The notes beneath the pieces were generated by a model. It was not told the DNA's origin, did not search any database, and was given only the letters and a program-made list of their open reading frames with translations. A stretch of DNA of 64,000 nt, from assembly GCA_965200965.1 (NCBI GenBank), contig OZ241744.1:2208001-2272000 (forward strand), given 5' to 3'. Below, piece after piece: positions 49,546-60,232 of this stretch (the first letter of the stretch is position 1; each line of letters begins with the position of its first letter). Source of the DNA: an uncultured Candidatus Binatia bacterium. GTDB lineage: Bacteria > Desulfobacterota > Binatia > Bin18. The position numbers and the translations under genes were made by a program.

Positions 49546-50544
49546 CTAATAGCCGCCGTGTTTATCAACCACATTGTCAAGCGCCTCGCCCCGCAAAAAC
49601 CTGGCCAGATTGGGTTTGAAGACCGCGGTTGCGTGCTTCCAGTACTCAGAGCGCAGACCCGAAGTATGCGGGGTCAGGATCACATTCGGCAGCCGAAACA
49701 GCTCGCTGTCCGGCTGGGGCGGCTCGGGGTCGGTCACATCAAGGCCGGCACCGGCAATCCAGCCCTCTTTCAAGGCTTGAATCAGCGCCGGCTCCTGGAT
49801 AATCGGACCCCGCCCGACGTTAATGATGTGAGCGGTCGGCTTCATCAGTCGCAACTCGTGCTCGCCAATCAGGCCGGTTGTCTGGGGCGTGAGTGGGGCG
49901 GCGATAATCACACAGTCAGCCTCCTGCAAAAGGCGCGCCAAGCCGTCGGTGCCCGACACCTCATCCACACAGGACGGCACGGCCTTGACCCTGCGCCTGG
50001 TGGCGATCACCCGCATGCCCAGGGCTTTGGCCCGCTCGGCAAGCGCCAGGCCAATACCCCCCAGCCCGATAATCCCGGCCGTGCGGCCGTGCAGTTCGGA
50101 AAAGCTGGGATAGAGCGCAAACATCTTGCGCCGCGGCCACTGGCCTTCGAGTTGATAGCGGTAGGCCACATGGAGCTGGCGGGCCAGCATAATCATCACG
50201 CCCAGGATGTGTTCGGCAATCGGGATGCCGTGCAAACCCCGTGAGTTGGTGATAATCACGTCGCTGTCGATCATCTCTGGAAACAGGACATGGGTCGCTC
50301 CGGCCGAGGCGAGGTGGAGCCACTTGAGTTGCCGGGCGATCTGGAGGTCCTGCGGACTGAAGCGGACGGCAAACAGCGCGTCAGTGTCGGCCAGTTCGGC
50401 TGGGCGGCGGCCCGGGTCCTGGATGAGGGTGATGCGGGCGGCGGGAAACTCACGCTGGAGCTGCGCGGCCAGTTCCGGCGAATAGGCCGGGAAGCCCCCC
50501 AGCCCGGACGATCCGGCAAACGAGATGCACACTTTGGGTTTCAT
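49546..50544 (-). CDS. D-2-hydroxyacid dehydrogenase
   Basis: GLGGIG, NVGRG, LDVTDPEP, TPH. Confidence 0.92.
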   Translation of the reverse strand: MKPKVCISFAGSSGLGGFPAYSPELAAQLQREFPAARITLIQDPGRRPAELADTDALFAVRFSPQDLQIARQLKWLHLASAGATHVLFPEMIDSDVIITNSRGLHGIPIAEHILGVMIMLARQLHVAYRYQLEGQWPRRKMFALYPSFSELHGRTAGIIGLGGIGLALAERAKALGMRVIATRRRVKAVPSCVDEVSGTDGLARLLQEADCVIIAAPLTPQTTGLIGEHELRLMKPTAHIINVGRGPIIQEPALIQALKEGWIAGAGLDVTDPEPPQPDSELFRLPNVILTPHTSGLRSEYWKHATAVFKPNLARFLRGEALDNVVDKHGGY

Positions 50545-50657
50545 GCCTGTGCCTTTCTCCGGTCTGTATCGCCGCCATAGGCGGAGGGCATGAGCGGGCG
50601 GCCACAGGCCAGCCAGCCGAGCGGGCGAGCCTCAGGTGAAGCGGGCCGCCCGGTATG

Positions 50658-51422
50658 TTACCGTCCCGGCTGACGGTCCAGGGCCGCCAAGCCCTCTAAG
50701 GCCAGACCATAGCCCAGCCCATCTCGAATTCCCCGCTTGAGTTCCTGGGTCAGGGCCACCCGCGCATAACGCAGGGTCAGGGGCGGTTGCTCGGCCAACT
50801 GCTCGGCCAGCTCCCAGGCCCGGGCCAGGAGGGCGTCTCGGGGCAGGACTTCGCTGACCACGCCGAGACTCAGGGCGTCCTGGGCCGACAGCTTCTGGCC
50901 CGTCAGCAGGAAATACCGCCCCCGGTTTGCCCCGAGTAACAACGGCCAGACCAGATGCACCCCGTCGCCCGGTACAACGCCATTGGGAAAATGAGGGGCA
51001 TCCTGGAAGGCGGCCGTGTCCGAGGCCAGGACAATATCGCACAACACGGCAATTTCGGCGTGGATCAGGGCTGGCCCGTTGACCGCGGCAATCATCGGCA
51101 CCTCAATATCCAGCAGGTTGAGCAGCAGGCGCTTGCCCTCCCAATAGATTTTGTCCCAGCCGCGCGGCGTGCCCAGACCGTCGCCGAAGCTGGCGAAATC
51201 AATCTCGGCACAGAAGGCATCGCCGGTCCCGGTCAGAATGACCACCCTGTTTTCGGGGTCGGCACCAATGTCGGCGCAGGCAGAGGCGAATTCTCGATGG
51301 ATGCTCTCGTTCCACACCATCGGGCCGCCGTTGTTATGGAGGGTCATCTCCAGGATGCCGTTGCGGCGTTGCATACGAATATCCTGGTACTTGTTGGCAT
51401 AGTCTTCGTTCGGCATAGTCAT
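50658..51422 (-). CDS. Enoyl-CoA hydratase/isomerase family protein
   Basis: [22 protein letters not shown]. Confidence 0.88.
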   Translation of the reverse strand: MTMPNEDYANKYQDIRMQRRNGILEMTLHNNGGPMVWNESIHREFASACADIGADPENRVVILTGTGDAFCAEIDFASFGDGLGTPRGWDKIYWEGKRLLLNLLDIEVPMIAAVNGPALIHAEIAVLCDIVLASDTAAFQDAPHFPNGVVPGDGVHLVWPLLLGANRGRYFLLTGQKLSAQDALSLGVVSEVLPRDALLARAWELAEQLAEQPPLTLRYARVALTQELKRGIRDGLGYGLALEGLAALDRQPGR

Positions 51423-51508
51423 CCTCCTTATGCCGTGCGCTCGAACGGGAGTCGGGCCAGGTGCGCAGAGTTTGAACGCCTGAGCCGGTGCCGCTCCTCT
51501 CGGCTCCC

Positions 51509-51712
51509 CTAGCTGAAGATGAGACGCAGGGCGATACCAGTGGTCATCACCATCAGGTAAGCGACCTGCCACTGTAACACCGACAGCGTGCGCTCGACAT
51601 TCGCAAAGCGGTTTTCATACCCTGCCAGTTCCTCGGCGGCTTCGCGGGCAGTGTCCTCCGGGGCACCGGCCTGCTTCAGCGCCTCATAGGTTTTCATCAA
51701 GGCTGAGGCCAT
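51509..51712 (-). CDS. Small coiled-coil protein with C-terminal TM (DUF1640-like)
   Basis: [12 protein letters not shown]; hydrophobic C-terminus; RBS AAGG. Confidence 0.6.
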   Translation of the reverse strand: MASALMKTYEALKQAGAPEDTAREAAEELAGYENRFANVERTLSVLQWQVAYLMVMTTGIALRLIFS

Positions 51713-51806
51713 AGTGTCCTTTCTTCGCCCCTGTTGTCCGCCTGGGCAGCAAGCGAACGCATGGCAGAGGGATGAGATGGGGGGCGTCCGAGCAGGACGG
51801 GGGGTT

Positions 51807-52868
51807 TCATTGCGCCCAGGCCGCCTGGTGCAAGGCCGGCAGCACCGCCCGGTTGAACAGCTGGTCGTGCAGCGTCAGATGAAAACACTCGACACCCAGG
51901 TCGTGAAACTCGTGCATCCGCCGGAGGATGGTGTCCGGGTTGCCGATCAGACGGCTGGCCAGGCCCTCGTTACTGTCCAGGTGGGTCAGCGGGTCGTCGC
52001 TCGGCTGCCACATGCCCCGCGCACCGCTGACCTTTTGCCGGCGGCGGGCCAGCATGGCCGTGTCCTGGCCGTCGAGCATGGCCTGAACAGCCGCCTCGGC
52101 CTCGCCATCGGTCTCACGGCACAGGGGAATGGCGTACAGGGCAAACCGGACTCGGCGGCCTGTCTCAGCCGTCCGTTTGCGGACCGTCTCGATAATGCGC
52201 CCGATTTTGTCGGGCCGGCCGCCGTTCAGAAACATCCAGTCCGAGTGCTGGGCGGCCAGGGTCATCGCTGCCGCGGACTGTCCGCCCTGGAAGACCTCCA
52301 GGTGGGTTGAGATCGGGCGCGGCTCCAGGCGCAGGCCGTAAACCTGGTAAAAACGCCCGACATAGTCAAACGCCTCGTGCGCCCACGCGCCGCGCAAAAT
52401 CTCGACAAACTCGCTCGTCCGGGCATAGCGCTCGTCGTGTTCAAGCAGCGCTGCCCCGTACATGCCAAACTCGGCCTCATGCCAGCCGGAGGTGAGGTTG
52501 ATTGACCACCGGCCACCCGTCAGCCGATCGAGCGTGGCCCCCCATTTGGCAATTGGCGCGGGCAGGAAAAAACCGGGATGGATGGCCGTAATAAGACGCA
52601 GACGCTGGGTTTGAGCGGCGTAAAAAGCGGTCATGGCCAGACAGTCATAGCTCGCCCCCTCGATTTCCTGCCCGCTCCCCCACCAGCGTTGGGCCACCAG
52701 GAGATAATCAATGCCGAGCGCTTCCACGGCCTGGACGGGACCGAGCAGACGCTCGGTCAGCGCCAGCCCGTGGAGTTCGGCCAAGCCCAGACTGGAGGTC
52801 CGGTTGTTGCTGAGTTGGGGGAGAGCCAGGGCGGTGGGTGCCCAGGTACAGGTCAGAATGCGTGCCAT
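51807..52868 (-). CDS. LLM-class flavin monooxygenase (SsuD/SfnG-like)
   Basis: AIHPG, TLDRLTGGR, HDERY, QGGQS. Confidence 0.85.
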   Translation of the reverse strand: MARILTCTWAPTALALPQLSNNRTSSLGLAELHGLALTERLLGPVQAVEALGIDYLLVAQRWWGSGQEIEGASYDCLAMTAFYAAQTQRLRLITAIHPGFFLPAPIAKWGATLDRLTGGRWSINLTSGWHEAEFGMYGAALLEHDERYARTSEFVEILRGAWAHEAFDYVGRFYQVYGLRLEPRPISTHLEVFQGGQSAAAMTLAAQHSDWMFLNGGRPDKIGRIIETVRKRTAETGRRVRFALYAIPLCRETDGEAEAAVQAMLDGQDTAMLARRRQKVSGARGMWQPSDDPLTHLDSNEGLASRLIGNPDTILRRMHEFHDLGVECFHLTLHDQLFNRAVLPALHQAAWAQ

Positions 52869-52973
52869 GACACCTCCATATCCCAAGTGAACCGGCGGAC
52901 ATTTTTGGGTGGACAGGAGAGTGGGGACGGAATCGCCCGCCAAGCGGAGCCGGACGGGCGGTGGGGAACGAAC

Positions 52974-53351
52974 TCAGCCCATGCAGATGGCGTTCAGTTT
53001 ATTGCCGTCCAGGTCGCGGAAATAGCCGATGTAGGGGCCCTTATCTCCGCCACGCCGACCGGGTGCCCCTTCGTCGGTACCGCCCAATTCCAGCGCTTTT
53101 TTGTGGATGGCGTCCACTTTTGCGGAACTGTTCGCGGCCAGGGCAACCATGACCCCGTTGCCGACACTGGCGGCCTTGCCGTCAAACGGGCTGGAGACGG
53201 CCAGGTTGGGTGCGCCGGGCTTGCCCCAGAGTTTGATGCGACCGGCATCCATGATCACCTTGATAGCGGGGTCGAGTTCGGCCAGCAGAGCGTTATAGAA
53301 ACTGGTCGCCCGTTCCATATCGTTTGTGCCCAGGGTGACATATGCAATCAT
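52974..53351 (-). CDS. VOC family protein
   Basis: YVTLGTND, GNG.MVAL, YFRDLDGNKL. Confidence 0.88.
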   Translation of the reverse strand: MIAYVTLGTNDMERATSFYNALLAELDPAIKVIMDAGRIKLWGKPGAPNLAVSSPFDGKAASVGNGVMVALAANSSAKVDAIHKKALELGGTDEGAPGRRGGDKGPYIGYFRDLDGNKLNAICMG

Positions 53352-53460
53352 CACTGCTCTCCTTTCATCAGTCAGACTTGGCCGAAATGTGGCATAGTCT
53401 GGCGGCCTTGGGAAGTCCCCCGATCCGGAGTCCGGGGTGTCGGGCGTACAGGGGCGTTGT

Positions 53461-55119
53461 TCAGGAGGCCGCCTCGCTCGCCTTCCACACCTCTGCCTCA
53501 TCCCCGGACAACTGGGCCAGGCGTGCGTCGAGCTCGGGCAGCACATGCTCAAAGGTGAACCGGTACAGATGGACGCCGATGAACAGGGTGTGGAGTGAGT
53601 TGGGGACTTGGTCGGGCCGTTTTTTCAGCAGTGCCCAGATGAACCTCAGGCTCTCCCGTTTATATTCCGCGGGCAGCTGTCGAAAAGCGTTCTGGAGCAC
53701 CCGCACACGGGACAGCAGGCTGTCGGCCTGGTGTGAGGTGCTGGCCGTTGAGCGGACGATCGTACTGCCGAGGATGCGCCACATATGCCGCAGACCGCCT
53801 TGCACACGGGCGAGCGACGAGCTTGGGCCGGGTTGGCGGCACAGGGCGTCGAGCAGCCGGCCAAAGAACTCGCTCGGGGTGTAGATCGTCTGGAGAATCT
53901 TGCGGTAGCCTTCAAGCAGGGCTCGGCGCGGCAGAACCGGGACAATGTTGGTGAAACCGCCGTGGGTCGTAAACCGGTCGGAATCCGCGTCGAGCAGCCG
54001 GCCGGCCTGTTCCAGACGGGTGTACAGGGGCGTACTGGGCAGGGCGACCAGCAGCCCGACCATAGCGTTGGGGACGGCAATCTGTCGGATGAAGTCGATC
54101 TGTCGATCGAAGATGTCTTCGTTATCGTTGTCAAACCCCAGAATAAAGCCACCGGTGACCATCAGGCCGGCGTGCTGAATGACTTTGACCGAATCGACCA
54201 GCGAGCGCTTGATATTCTGATATTTCCTGGTTTCTTTGAGACTGGCGATCGACGGGGTCTCAAGGCCGAGAAAGACCGTCTTGAAATTCGAGGCCACCAT
54301 CTGGGCTATCAACTCGTCGTCGTTGGCCAGATCGACGGTGGCTTCGGTGATGTAGACAAAGGGCGAATCGTGCGCCTCGTTCCAGACCGTCAGCTCGGGC
54401 AGCAGCTTTTTGACCTCCCGCTTATTGCCGATAAAATTGTCGTCCACAATAAAGACGCTGCCCCGGTAGCCGGTCTGGTACAGGGCATCGAGCTCGGCCA
54501 GCATCTGGGCCGGCGTTTTTGTCCGGGGCCGACGGCCAAACATCACGATGATGTCGCAGAACTCGCACTGGAACGGACAGCCGCGCGAGAACTGAATCGG
54601 CAGCGAGCCGTACTGACTGATATCGAGCAGATCGAAGCGGGGTACCGGGCTCTGGGTGACATCGGGCTTTTCGGGGCTGGTGTAGACCGCCTGGCGGGTC
54701 CCGGCCTCCAGGTCGGCCAGAAAAGCCGGCCAGGTGACCTCGCCCTCGTTCAGCACCAGCACATCGGCGTAGGGCTGACACTCCTCGGGGCAGGCGGTCG
54801 GATACGGGCCGCCAAAGACCACCAGCTTGCCGGCCGCCTTGCAGCGCTCGGCAACCGCAAACAGCGAGGTCTTTTGTGAAATCATGGCCGACAGACACAC
54901 CAGGTCAGCCCACTCCAGGTCATCATCGGTCAACGACCCGCAGTTGAGATCGACCAGCCGGAAGTCATAGTCGTCCGGCGTCAGGGCGGCGATGGTAATC
55001 AGGCCCAGCGGCGGCATAAAGGACTTCTTGTTGAAGATGGGCAGGACGTACTGCATCCCCCAGTAGGTCAGGGGAAACTCAGGATAGACGAGCAGGATAT
55101 GACGATAGCTGTGCTTCAT
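53461..55119 (-). CDS. B12-binding radical SAM protein
   Basis: PPLGL, GGPY, RGCPFQCEFC, DDNF. Confidence 0.9.
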   Translation of the reverse strand: MKHSYRHILLVYPEFPLTYWGMQYVLPIFNKKSFMPPLGLITIAALTPDDYDFRLVDLNCGSLTDDDLEWADLVCLSAMISQKTSLFAVAERCKAAGKLVVFGGPYPTACPEECQPYADVLVLNEGEVTWPAFLADLEAGTRQAVYTSPEKPDVTQSPVPRFDLLDISQYGSLPIQFSRGCPFQCEFCDIIVMFGRRPRTKTPAQMLAELDALYQTGYRGSVFIVDDNFIGNKREVKKLLPELTVWNEAHDSPFVYITEATVDLANDDELIAQMVASNFKTVFLGLETPSIASLKETRKYQNIKRSLVDSVKVIQHAGLMVTGGFILGFDNDNEDIFDRQIDFIRQIAVPNAMVGLLVALPSTPLYTRLEQAGRLLDADSDRFTTHGGFTNIVPVLPRRALLEGYRKILQTIYTPSEFFGRLLDALCRQPGPSSSLARVQGGLRHMWRILGSTIVRSTASTSHQADSLLSRVRVLQNAFRQLPAEYKRESLRFIWALLKKRPDQVPNSLHTLFIGVHLYRFTFEHVLPELDARLAQLSGDEAEVWKASEAAS

Positions 55120-55504
55120 AGTGACCCTCTCTCCCCTGTTGTATAGCGAACCGTGACGGCTTTTGACAGGGGGAGTGTACAGGGGATAGACACGCCGCGC
55201 TACACAACGCTGGTTTGGGCGGGATGTATCCTGCCGCGGGCAGCAATTTTTGTTCTTTTGAACGCGCCCATACCGCCAGACAGAAAGGCTCCCCCATGAC
55301 CCGGCCAGTCCCTGCACCAAAGATGGTGACCTTGGCCTCATGCGCGTCAACAACCCCAAGGTGTACAAACGGGTGTGTGAGCTGGCCGAACACGACCCGG
55401 CTCCGTGGCAGCCGGCCCCGCTGCTCAAGCGGCTGGCCGAAGCCGGCCGGACTTTCAATCAGGGCTGGGGACCTCCGCCCCTAATTGCCTTGTATCAGAA
55501 AAAA

Positions 55505-55882
55505 GTGATAACAGGTGTGTGGGAGTTCCGGGAATATCAGAGCAGCAAGGGGAAGCGTCCGGTGTCGGAGTGGTACGAAGCGTTGTCACAGAAAAACCGG
55601 GCGAGCGCCGACAGGTTCCTGGGTATCGTCCAGAAGCTGGAGCAGCTCAAACCACCGCGCTTCAAGAAATTTCGGGAGTTGCTGGAAGCGCGCTGGTTCG
55701 GGCAAAACAGGGTCCCGCATCGGATATTCTGTGACAAGCCATCTGACAGGCAAGTGACATTTCTGTGTGACTGTACCCACAAAGACAGGCGATATACCCC
55801 GACAAACGCCTGCAATACGGCTCTCAGACGCCGTGACGAAATACAGAACGGGGAGGCTGGCACGCATGAGTTCAATTTCTAA
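55505..55882 (+). CDS. RelE/HigB (Gp49-like) toxin (start uncertain)
   Basis: GKRPVSEWY, LLEARW, HRIF, KD..P; upstream of an HTH gene. Confidence 0.7.
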   Translation: MITGVWEFREYQSSKGKRPVSEWYEALSQKNRASADRFLGIVQKLEQLKPPRFKKFRELLEARWFGQNRVPHRIFCDKPSDRQVTFLCDCTHKDRRYTPTNACNTALRRRDEIQNGEAGTHEFNF

Positions 55883-56546
55883 GCTGTGGCGGAAATTGGA
55901 GACAAAGGAGTACCGGGACGGCTACACGCAAGCGCAGCTCTCCATTGAGGTCCCTTTCCAGATTCGTGCGCTCCGCAAAGCACGCGGCTGGACCCAAGCC
56001 CAATTAGCTGAACGGTGCGGCATTCCGCAGGCCCGGATATCCCACATTGAACAGCCCGGGCGGGACCCGCTGTCGTTACGCACACTGTACCGGCTGTCGG
56101 CGGCCTTTGATGTCGGGCTGCTCGTCGAGTTTGTGCCCTTCAGTGAGCTGATCCGCCGTGAAGCGGCGTTTGACCCCAAGACCTTCAGCGTCCCCAGCTT
56201 CAAGGACGACCGGATGCAGACAGTTTTCTCTATCGCGTCTACATCAGCGAAGTTGTCATCTTTCAGAAGCGCGTCCACGCCTGGACGGATACAGCATCAG
56301 CGGCAAGTGGCGGAGAGATGGATCCAAGCGTGGCGGCCTCGCACGGATCGCACGGTATGGATACAGCATCAGCCACAAGCACAGGATGAGGCCCGTCCCA
56401 TGTCGCTCAAGACGGATCAACTCCCAGGGAAAGCGCCGCTATGGCCACCTTCCCTGCCGGTCAATCCAATCTCCTCCATTCCAGGAGATTACCGATATTA
56501 CAGCGGGAGGATGTCCCATGCCTACGAAACGCAGGTCACAGGATAA
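55866..56546 (+). CDS. XRE/HigA-like HTH antitoxin with a ~110-aa low-complexity C-terminal tail
   Basis: IRALRKARGWTQAQLAERCGIPQARISHIE, then an S/P/R/Q-rich tail. Confidence 0.78.
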   Translation: MSSISKLWRKLETKEYRDGYTQAQLSIEVPFQIRALRKARGWTQAQLAERCGIPQARISHIEQPGRDPLSLRTLYRLSAAFDVGLLVEFVPFSELIRREAAFDPKTFSVPSFKDDRMQTVFSIASTSAKLSSFRSASTPGRIQHQRQVAERWIQAWRPRTDRTVWIQHQPQAQDEARPMSLKTDQLPGKAPLWPPSLPVNPISSIPGDYRYYSGRMSHAYETQVTG

Positions 56547-56829
56547 GCCTGTCAACATCAATGAATTGCCGCAGCGGCAGGCGGCGGCATATGTTTCGAC
56601 ATACTCGAATAATGTTGAAGCAGGGACCACGCCTTGGGACTTCCGGTTTCTGTTCTTCGAGATTACCGAAGATGAAAGCGGGGAGCTTATACGCGAGAAG
56701 AAGGCTCGCGTGGTCATGTCCCCTCAGCACGCTATCGCCTTTTCTCAGTTATTGAACAATACTGTTGCCAAGTGGATGAAAGACCACGCCTCCGATGAGA
56801 ATGCTGACACAGAGCGTGAGGACACCTGA
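56518..56829 (+). CDS. DUF3467-like protein
   Basis: YSNNV...DFRFLF...ARVVMSPQHAIAFSQLL; RBS GGAGG. Confidence 0.72.
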   Translation: MPTKRRSQDKPVNINELPQRQAAAYVSTYSNNVEAGTTPWDFRFLFFEITEDESGELIREKKARVVMSPQHAIAFSQLLNNTVAKWMKDHASDENADTEREDT

Positions 56830-56851
56830 CTTCATGGCATGAAGGACCGTT

Positions 56852-59800
56852 GTGGATAATCGCTTCTTTGCCCAGCCGGTCCTGAACTCTCCCTACGCCT
56901 ATCCGACGCACCACTGGGAGTTGGACGAGCAGGGCCAGCCCACACAACGGATCAGCGAAGGCCGCCGCCGTGTGGCCTTCATCACCCCGGTTCCCACGCC
57001 CAGGAAGCGCAAACAACTCGAACTGGCCCTTGGCCCCGGCCAGGGACTTTCAAGCCCAGAGCAACAGTACGACCCGACCTCAATTATCAACGCCCTGCGC
57101 CGTCAGGTAGACCAGTGGCGCAGCCGGCCAGACCCGGCCGACTGGCGGGTCACGCCACAGACCGCCCGGCTGCTCCAGCACTGGCGACACCACCAATTTC
57201 ACACCATCCGCCCGTTCTTCTGTCAACTTGAAGCGCTTGAAACCGTGATCTGGCTGACTGAGGTCGCGCCAGGGGCCGGCAAGACCGGCAGGGACTTTCT
57301 CAGCTACCTGAGCAACGCCAACCCCGGTCTGGCCCGGCTGGCCCTCAAGCTGGCCACTGGTGCCGGCAAGACCACCGTCATGGCGATGCTGATCGCCTGG
57401 CAGACCATCAACGCGGTCCGCCACCCCGCCAGCCGGAGGTTTACCCGCGGCTTCCTCGTCGTCACCCCGGGCATCACCGTCAAAGACCGGCTGCGCGTCC
57501 TGTACCCGAACGACCCGGACAGCTATTACGCCAGCCGGGAACTGGTTCCCAGGGATATGCTCCTTGACCTGGAACGGGCCAAGATCGTGATTACCAACTA
57601 CCACGCCTTCAAGCGGCGCGAGCGCCTGGAGTTGTCAAAAGGCGGCCGCGCCCTGCTCCAGGGTCGGGGCGCGGCGCTGAGCACCCTGGAGAGCGAGGGC
57701 CAGATGCTTCAGCGGGTCATGCCCGAGCTGCTGGGCATGAAGCACATCCTGGCGTTGAACGACGAGGCCCACCACTGTTATCGGGAGAAGCTGGGAGCAG
57801 ACGCCGAGGCCGGCTCAGGAAGGGACGGAACGTGCCGTCAGGGCGAGAGGAAGGCGACCCGTTCCATCCTCGGCCAGGACAGGGCAGAGGCCGACAAAAA
57901 CAACGCCGCGGCCCGGCTGTGGATCTCCGGTCTGGAGGCGGTGGGCCACAAGCTGGGCCTCAGCCGGGTGATTGACCTGTCGGCAACGCCGTTTTTCCTG
58001 CGCGGCTCAGGCTATGCCGAGGGCACCCTCTTTCCCTGGACGGTGAGCGACTTCTCGCTGATGGACGCGATTGAGTGCGGGATTGTCAAGCTGCCGCGCG
58101 TCCCGGTGGCCGACAATATCCCCGGCGAGGGGATGCCCAGGTTCCGCAACCTGTGGGATCATATTGGCCGGCAGATGCCCAGAAAAGGCCGGGGCAAGAC
58201 CCGCGGTCTCGATCCGCTCAGCCTGCCAGTCGAGCTGCAAACCGCGCTGGATGCCCTGTACGGACACTACGAAAAGACCTATGCGCGGTGGATGGAGCGC
58301 GGTGTTGCGGCCCCCCCGTGCTTTATTGTGGTGTGCAATACCACCGCGACCTCCAAGCTGGTGTACGACTACATTGCCGGCTTTGAGCGCCACAACCCGG
58401 ACGGATCAACGACGCTGGAGAATGGCCGTCTGGCGCTCTTTCAGAACTTTGACCAGGGCGGGAGCCCCCTGGCCCGTCCCCGCACCCTGCTTATTGACAG
58501 CGAACAGCTCGAATCCGGCGCTGCCCTTGACCCGAACTTTCGGGCTATGGCGGCTGACGAGATTGCACGCTTCCGCCGTGAGATTGTCGAGAGGGGCGAC
58601 CGTCGGCAGGCCGAACACCTTTCTGACCAGGACCTGCTCAGGGAGGTGATGAACACGGTCGGCAAGCCGGGCCGGCTCGGCGAGTCGATCCGCTGCGTGG
58701 TGTCGGTGGCCATGCTGACCGAAGGCTGGGACGCCAACACCGTCACCCATGTGCTGGGCGTCCGCGCCTTTGGGACCCAACTCTTGTGCGAGCAAGTCAT
58801 TGGCCGGGCTTTGCGCCGGCAGTCCTATGAGCTCGACGACGACGGGCTGTTGCCTGTTGAGTACGCCGATGTGCTGGGGATTCCGTTCGACTTTACCGCC
58901 AAGCCGGTCGTTGCTCCGCCCCAGCCACCGCGTGAGACCGTCCGGGTCAAGGCCGTGCAGCCCGAGCGCGACCGGCTCGCCATCCGGTTTCCGCGTGTTG
59001 AAGGCTATCGGGTTGAACTGCCCGAGGAACGGCTCAGCGCCGCGTTCACCAAGGATTCTGTGCTGGAACTGACGCCGGACCTCGTCGGCCCGCCCATCAC
59101 CCGCAACGCCGGCATTATTGGCGAAGATGTCAACCTCAGCCTCGAACACCGGCAAGACCTGCGTCGCTCAAGCCTGCTGTACCAGCTTGCCAAGCGGCTG
59201 CTGTACACCCACTGGCGCGACCCCGGCCAGCAGCCCAAGCTCCACCTCTTCGGCCAGCTCAAGCGCATCACCAGGCAGTGGTTTGACAGCTGCCTGCGCT
59301 GTACCGGCGGCACCTATCCGGCTCAACTCATGTACCAGGAGCTGGCCGATATGGCCTGCGAGCGCATTACTGCCGGCATTACCCGCTCCCTGGTGGGCCA
59401 ACGGCCGGTCAAGGCCATGCTTGACCCCTACAACCCCACCGGCTCCACCAGCCAGGTGAACTTCAGCAGCTCCAGTCGCAACCGCTGGCAGGCGGACGCC
59501 CGCAAGTGTCACCTCAACTGGCTGATGCTGGACAGCGACTGGGAGGCCGAGTTCTGCCGTGTGGCCGAGGCCCACCCCCGGGTCCGGGCCTATGTCAAGA
59601 ACCACAATCTCGGCCTGGAAGTCCCCTACCGCTACGGCTCGGCCCCGCGTCGCTATATCCCCGACTTCATCGTCCTGCTTGACGACGGCCGGCCCGACCC
59701 CGTGCAGTTCATCGTCGAGATCAAAGGCTATCGGGGCGAAGACGCCAAGGAAAAAAGGGCGGCGATGGAGACCTGCTGGCTGCCTGGGGTCAACCGGCTC

Positions 59801-59899
59801 GGCGAGTACGGACGCTGGGCCTTTGCCGAGTTCACCGCCGTCTATGAGATTGACCGGCAGTTCGGGGAGCTGGTTGCGGCCCAGGTGGGCCGGGGCTGA
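56852..59899 (+). CDS. Type III restriction enzyme Res subunit
   Basis: ATGAGKT, DEAHH, SATP, EGWD, QVIGR, PDF..EIKG. Confidence 0.9.
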   Translation: MDNRFFAQPVLNSPYAYPTHHWELDEQGQPTQRISEGRRRVAFITPVPTPRKRKQLELALGPGQGLSSPEQQYDPTSIINALRRQVDQWRSRPDPADWRVTPQTARLLQHWRHHQFHTIRPFFCQLEALETVIWLTEVAPGAGKTGRDFLSYLSNANPGLARLALKLATGAGKTTVMAMLIAWQTINAVRHPASRRFTRGFLVVTPGITVKDRLRVLYPNDPDSYYASRELVPRDMLLDLERAKIVITNYHAFKRRERLELSKGGRALLQGRGAALSTLESEGQMLQRVMPELLGMKHILALNDEAHHCYREKLGADAEAGSGRDGTCRQGERKATRSILGQDRAEADKNNAAARLWISGLEAVGHKLGLSRVIDLSATPFFLRGSGYAEGTLFPWTVSDFSLMDAIECGIVKLPRVPVADNIPGEGMPRFRNLWDHIGRQMPRKGRGKTRGLDPLSLPVELQTALDALYGHYEKTYARWMERGVAAPPCFIVVCNTTATSKLVYDYIAGFERHNPDGSTTLENGRLALFQNFDQGGSPLARPRTLLIDSEQLESGAALDPNFRAMAADEIARFRREIVERGDRRQAEHLSDQDLLREVMNTVGKPGRLGESIRCVVSVAMLTEGWDANTVTHVLGVRAFGTQLLCEQVIGRALRRQSYELDDDGLLPVEYADVLGIPFDFTAKPVVAPPQPPRETVRVKAVQPERDRLAIRFPRVEGYRVELPEERLSAAFTKDSVLELTPDLVGPPITRNAGIIGEDVNLSLEHRQDLRRSSLLYQLAKRLLYTHWRDPGQQPKLHLFGQLKRITRQWFDSCLRCTGGTYPAQLMYQELADMACERITAGITRSLVGQRPVKAMLDPYNPTGSTSQVNFSSSSRNRWQADARKCHLNWLMLDSDWEAEFCRVAEAHPRVRAYVKNHNLGLEVPYRYGSAPRRYIPDFIVLLDDGRPDPVQFIVEIKGYRGEDAKEKRAAMETCWLPGVNRLGEYGRWAFAEFTAVYEIDRQFGELVAAQVGRG

Positions 59900-59956
59900 C
59901 CCGGGCCGGGGGCCGGACGCTTGCCTTTGTGGCCAAAAACCCTGTAGAAAGAGCCT

Positions 59957-60232
59957 GTGCCCAAATACCTGCTCATTCTTGAAGACCCGTCCGCGCTGGA
60001 CAAAGACAAGCTGACCGCCCGCTACAAGGTGGTCTACAGCATCAACCCGCATACCTGGGCGATCCACACCAGCGACTCTACGCGCCAAATAAGCGAAGCC
60101 TTATTCTCCCCCCCGTCTGAAACCTACCTGCCGCCGTCCCATTCGGTGTACCGGATAGACGCCTGGTGGGGATACGAGACCCGCACGCTGTGGGAATGGA
60201 TGGACCGCAAGGAGGCCTGGCTTCGTGATTGA
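59957..60232 (+). CDS. Small hypothetical protein
   Basis: 91-aa ORF overlapping the next gene. Confidence 0.5.
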   Translation: MPKYLLILEDPSALDKDKLTARYKVVYSINPHTWAIHTSDSTRQISEALFSPPSETYLPPSHSVYRIDAWWGYETRTLWEWMDRKEAWLRD

